This document shows, one piece after another, positions 62,929 to 64,000 of a stretch of 64,000 nucleotides of DNA (position 1 is the first letter of the stretch; each line of letters opens with the position of its first letter). Under the pieces are notes generated by a model. It worked only from the letters and a program-made list of their open reading frames with translations, made no database searches and was not told the DNA's origin. The translations under genes and the position numbers were made by a program. This stretch comes from Somniosus microcephalus (taxonomy: Eukaryota), in NCBI GenBank assembly GCA_052327205.1, contig JBMRGM010000043.1:30876001-30940000 (forward strand). The letters run 5' to 3'.

Positions 62929-63160
62929 TCTATGTCAACCTCCATCACTATGTCTATAACTATCTCCATGCCTATGTCTAGCTCTACCTTTATATCTCTA
63001 TCTCCACGTCCAACTCTCTTATCTATATCTCTCTGTATATCCTAGTCTCTTGCATTCAATCTCACTCTATTGCTCTAACTCTCTATCCTTTGTACCTATC
63101 TATCTCTATCTCTCTATCTGTCTGTATATATCCATTTCTATCTCTATCTCTCCTCTCTCT
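62929..63160. repeat. Low-complexity (CTAT/CTATGT)-rich tract, continuing at 61700-61805 and 63915-64000
   Basis: Direct inspection. Confidence 0.7.
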
Positions 63161-63914
63161 ATGGGCTGGATTTTTCGATCGGAGCCTTCCTGCGGATGGA
63201 GGCCTCCGATCGGAAAATATATAACATATAAGAACTTATCTGCTGGCTGCATAGGTCCCTCGACTTCCGATCCTGGGCCTCTGCTCTACGAAATATGCAG
63301 AGGCCCAGTTATCTCAGGGGTGCAGGCGGTTCGCAAGCGTCCCTGGGATCACGTGGGCCATGGGGAGTGGGCCATGGGGAAACAATCAAAGATGGGAAAC
63401 CCCCTTCACACTTTTGAAAGGTCTCTACTCACAGATCTTTCAAAAGTATGAAAGGGGATCACTTACAAATAAGTTAAACATTATTGTTTTTCAAATCCCT
63501 TTTTAAAAATTAGTTAAAATTACATTAAATTAAATATTTTGAAGAAAAATTTGTTTTTGAAAAAAATATAGTTTTTTAAGGAGGTATTATAAATACCTAC
63601 ATTATAAATGTGAAAAAATAATCATTTTTTGTTTTAATTTCTTATGCTGGTGAAAGCAAGCATTACACCTGTGTTTACCAGGCGTAAGATTTTGAAAGCT
63701 TTTCAGCAGGCAGAAGTTGTGCAGAAAGCGGAATTCTTCACCGGCGGAGGTCCTTTTCCCGGGCAGGTGGAGGATCTGTTAAGAAAATTCTTGACAGATC
63801 GGATGAGCCGGGTTTTAATGCATGCGCTTCACATGCCTGAAACTGGCACTTGCGAGGTCCCTACAGGTGAGTGCACAACTCGTACATACCCGGTGTGGGA
63901 AAACCGGCCCCATA
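63160..63914. mobile_element. MITE-like element, same family as 3664-4375
   Basis: TATGGGCTGGATTTT...AAAACCGGCCCCATA imperfect TIR; shares CTTCCGATCCTGGGCCTCT, CTGGGATCACGTG and ATTCTTGACAGATCG. Confidence 0.7.
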
Positions 63915-64000
63915 TCTCTAACACTATCTCAATGACCAAGTCTATGTCTAGCCGACTTCTGCATATTTGTCCATGTCTATGTCTGTGTCTATCTCGAGCT

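Overview
Eukaryotic (vertebrate) genomic DNA, most likely from a cartilaginous fish: it has CR1 LINEs with (TTCTATGT)-type tails, a SacSINE1/DeuSINE-like SINE, an HE1-like SINE and a Penelope-like element. The window holds a tandem cluster, all on the + strand, of Fc-receptor-like (FCRL-like) immunoglobulin-superfamily receptor genes. I reconstructed the exons by hand from GT/AG sites and splice phases. Gene A (5' end outside the window, stop at 21587) has at least 6 Ig exons, an uncharged TM and a tail with 3 canonical ITIMs plus a terminal YEN motif. Gene B (ATG 26532, stop 51714) has a split leader, 4 intact Ig exons, 2 dead Ig exons, a TM and a tail with a duplicated ITIM exon. Gene C (ATG 55672) is a leader joined directly to the tail exons of a divergent paralogue, with no Ig or TM exons. 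A and B sit in a tandem segmental duplication with a ~28-30 kb offset. The main signal is modular remodelling: phase-1 Ig and ITIM exons are duplicated, deleted or silenced one at a time without breaking the reading frame. Most remaining long ORFs are LINE fragments or chance ORFs. All gene models are predictions without transcript support.
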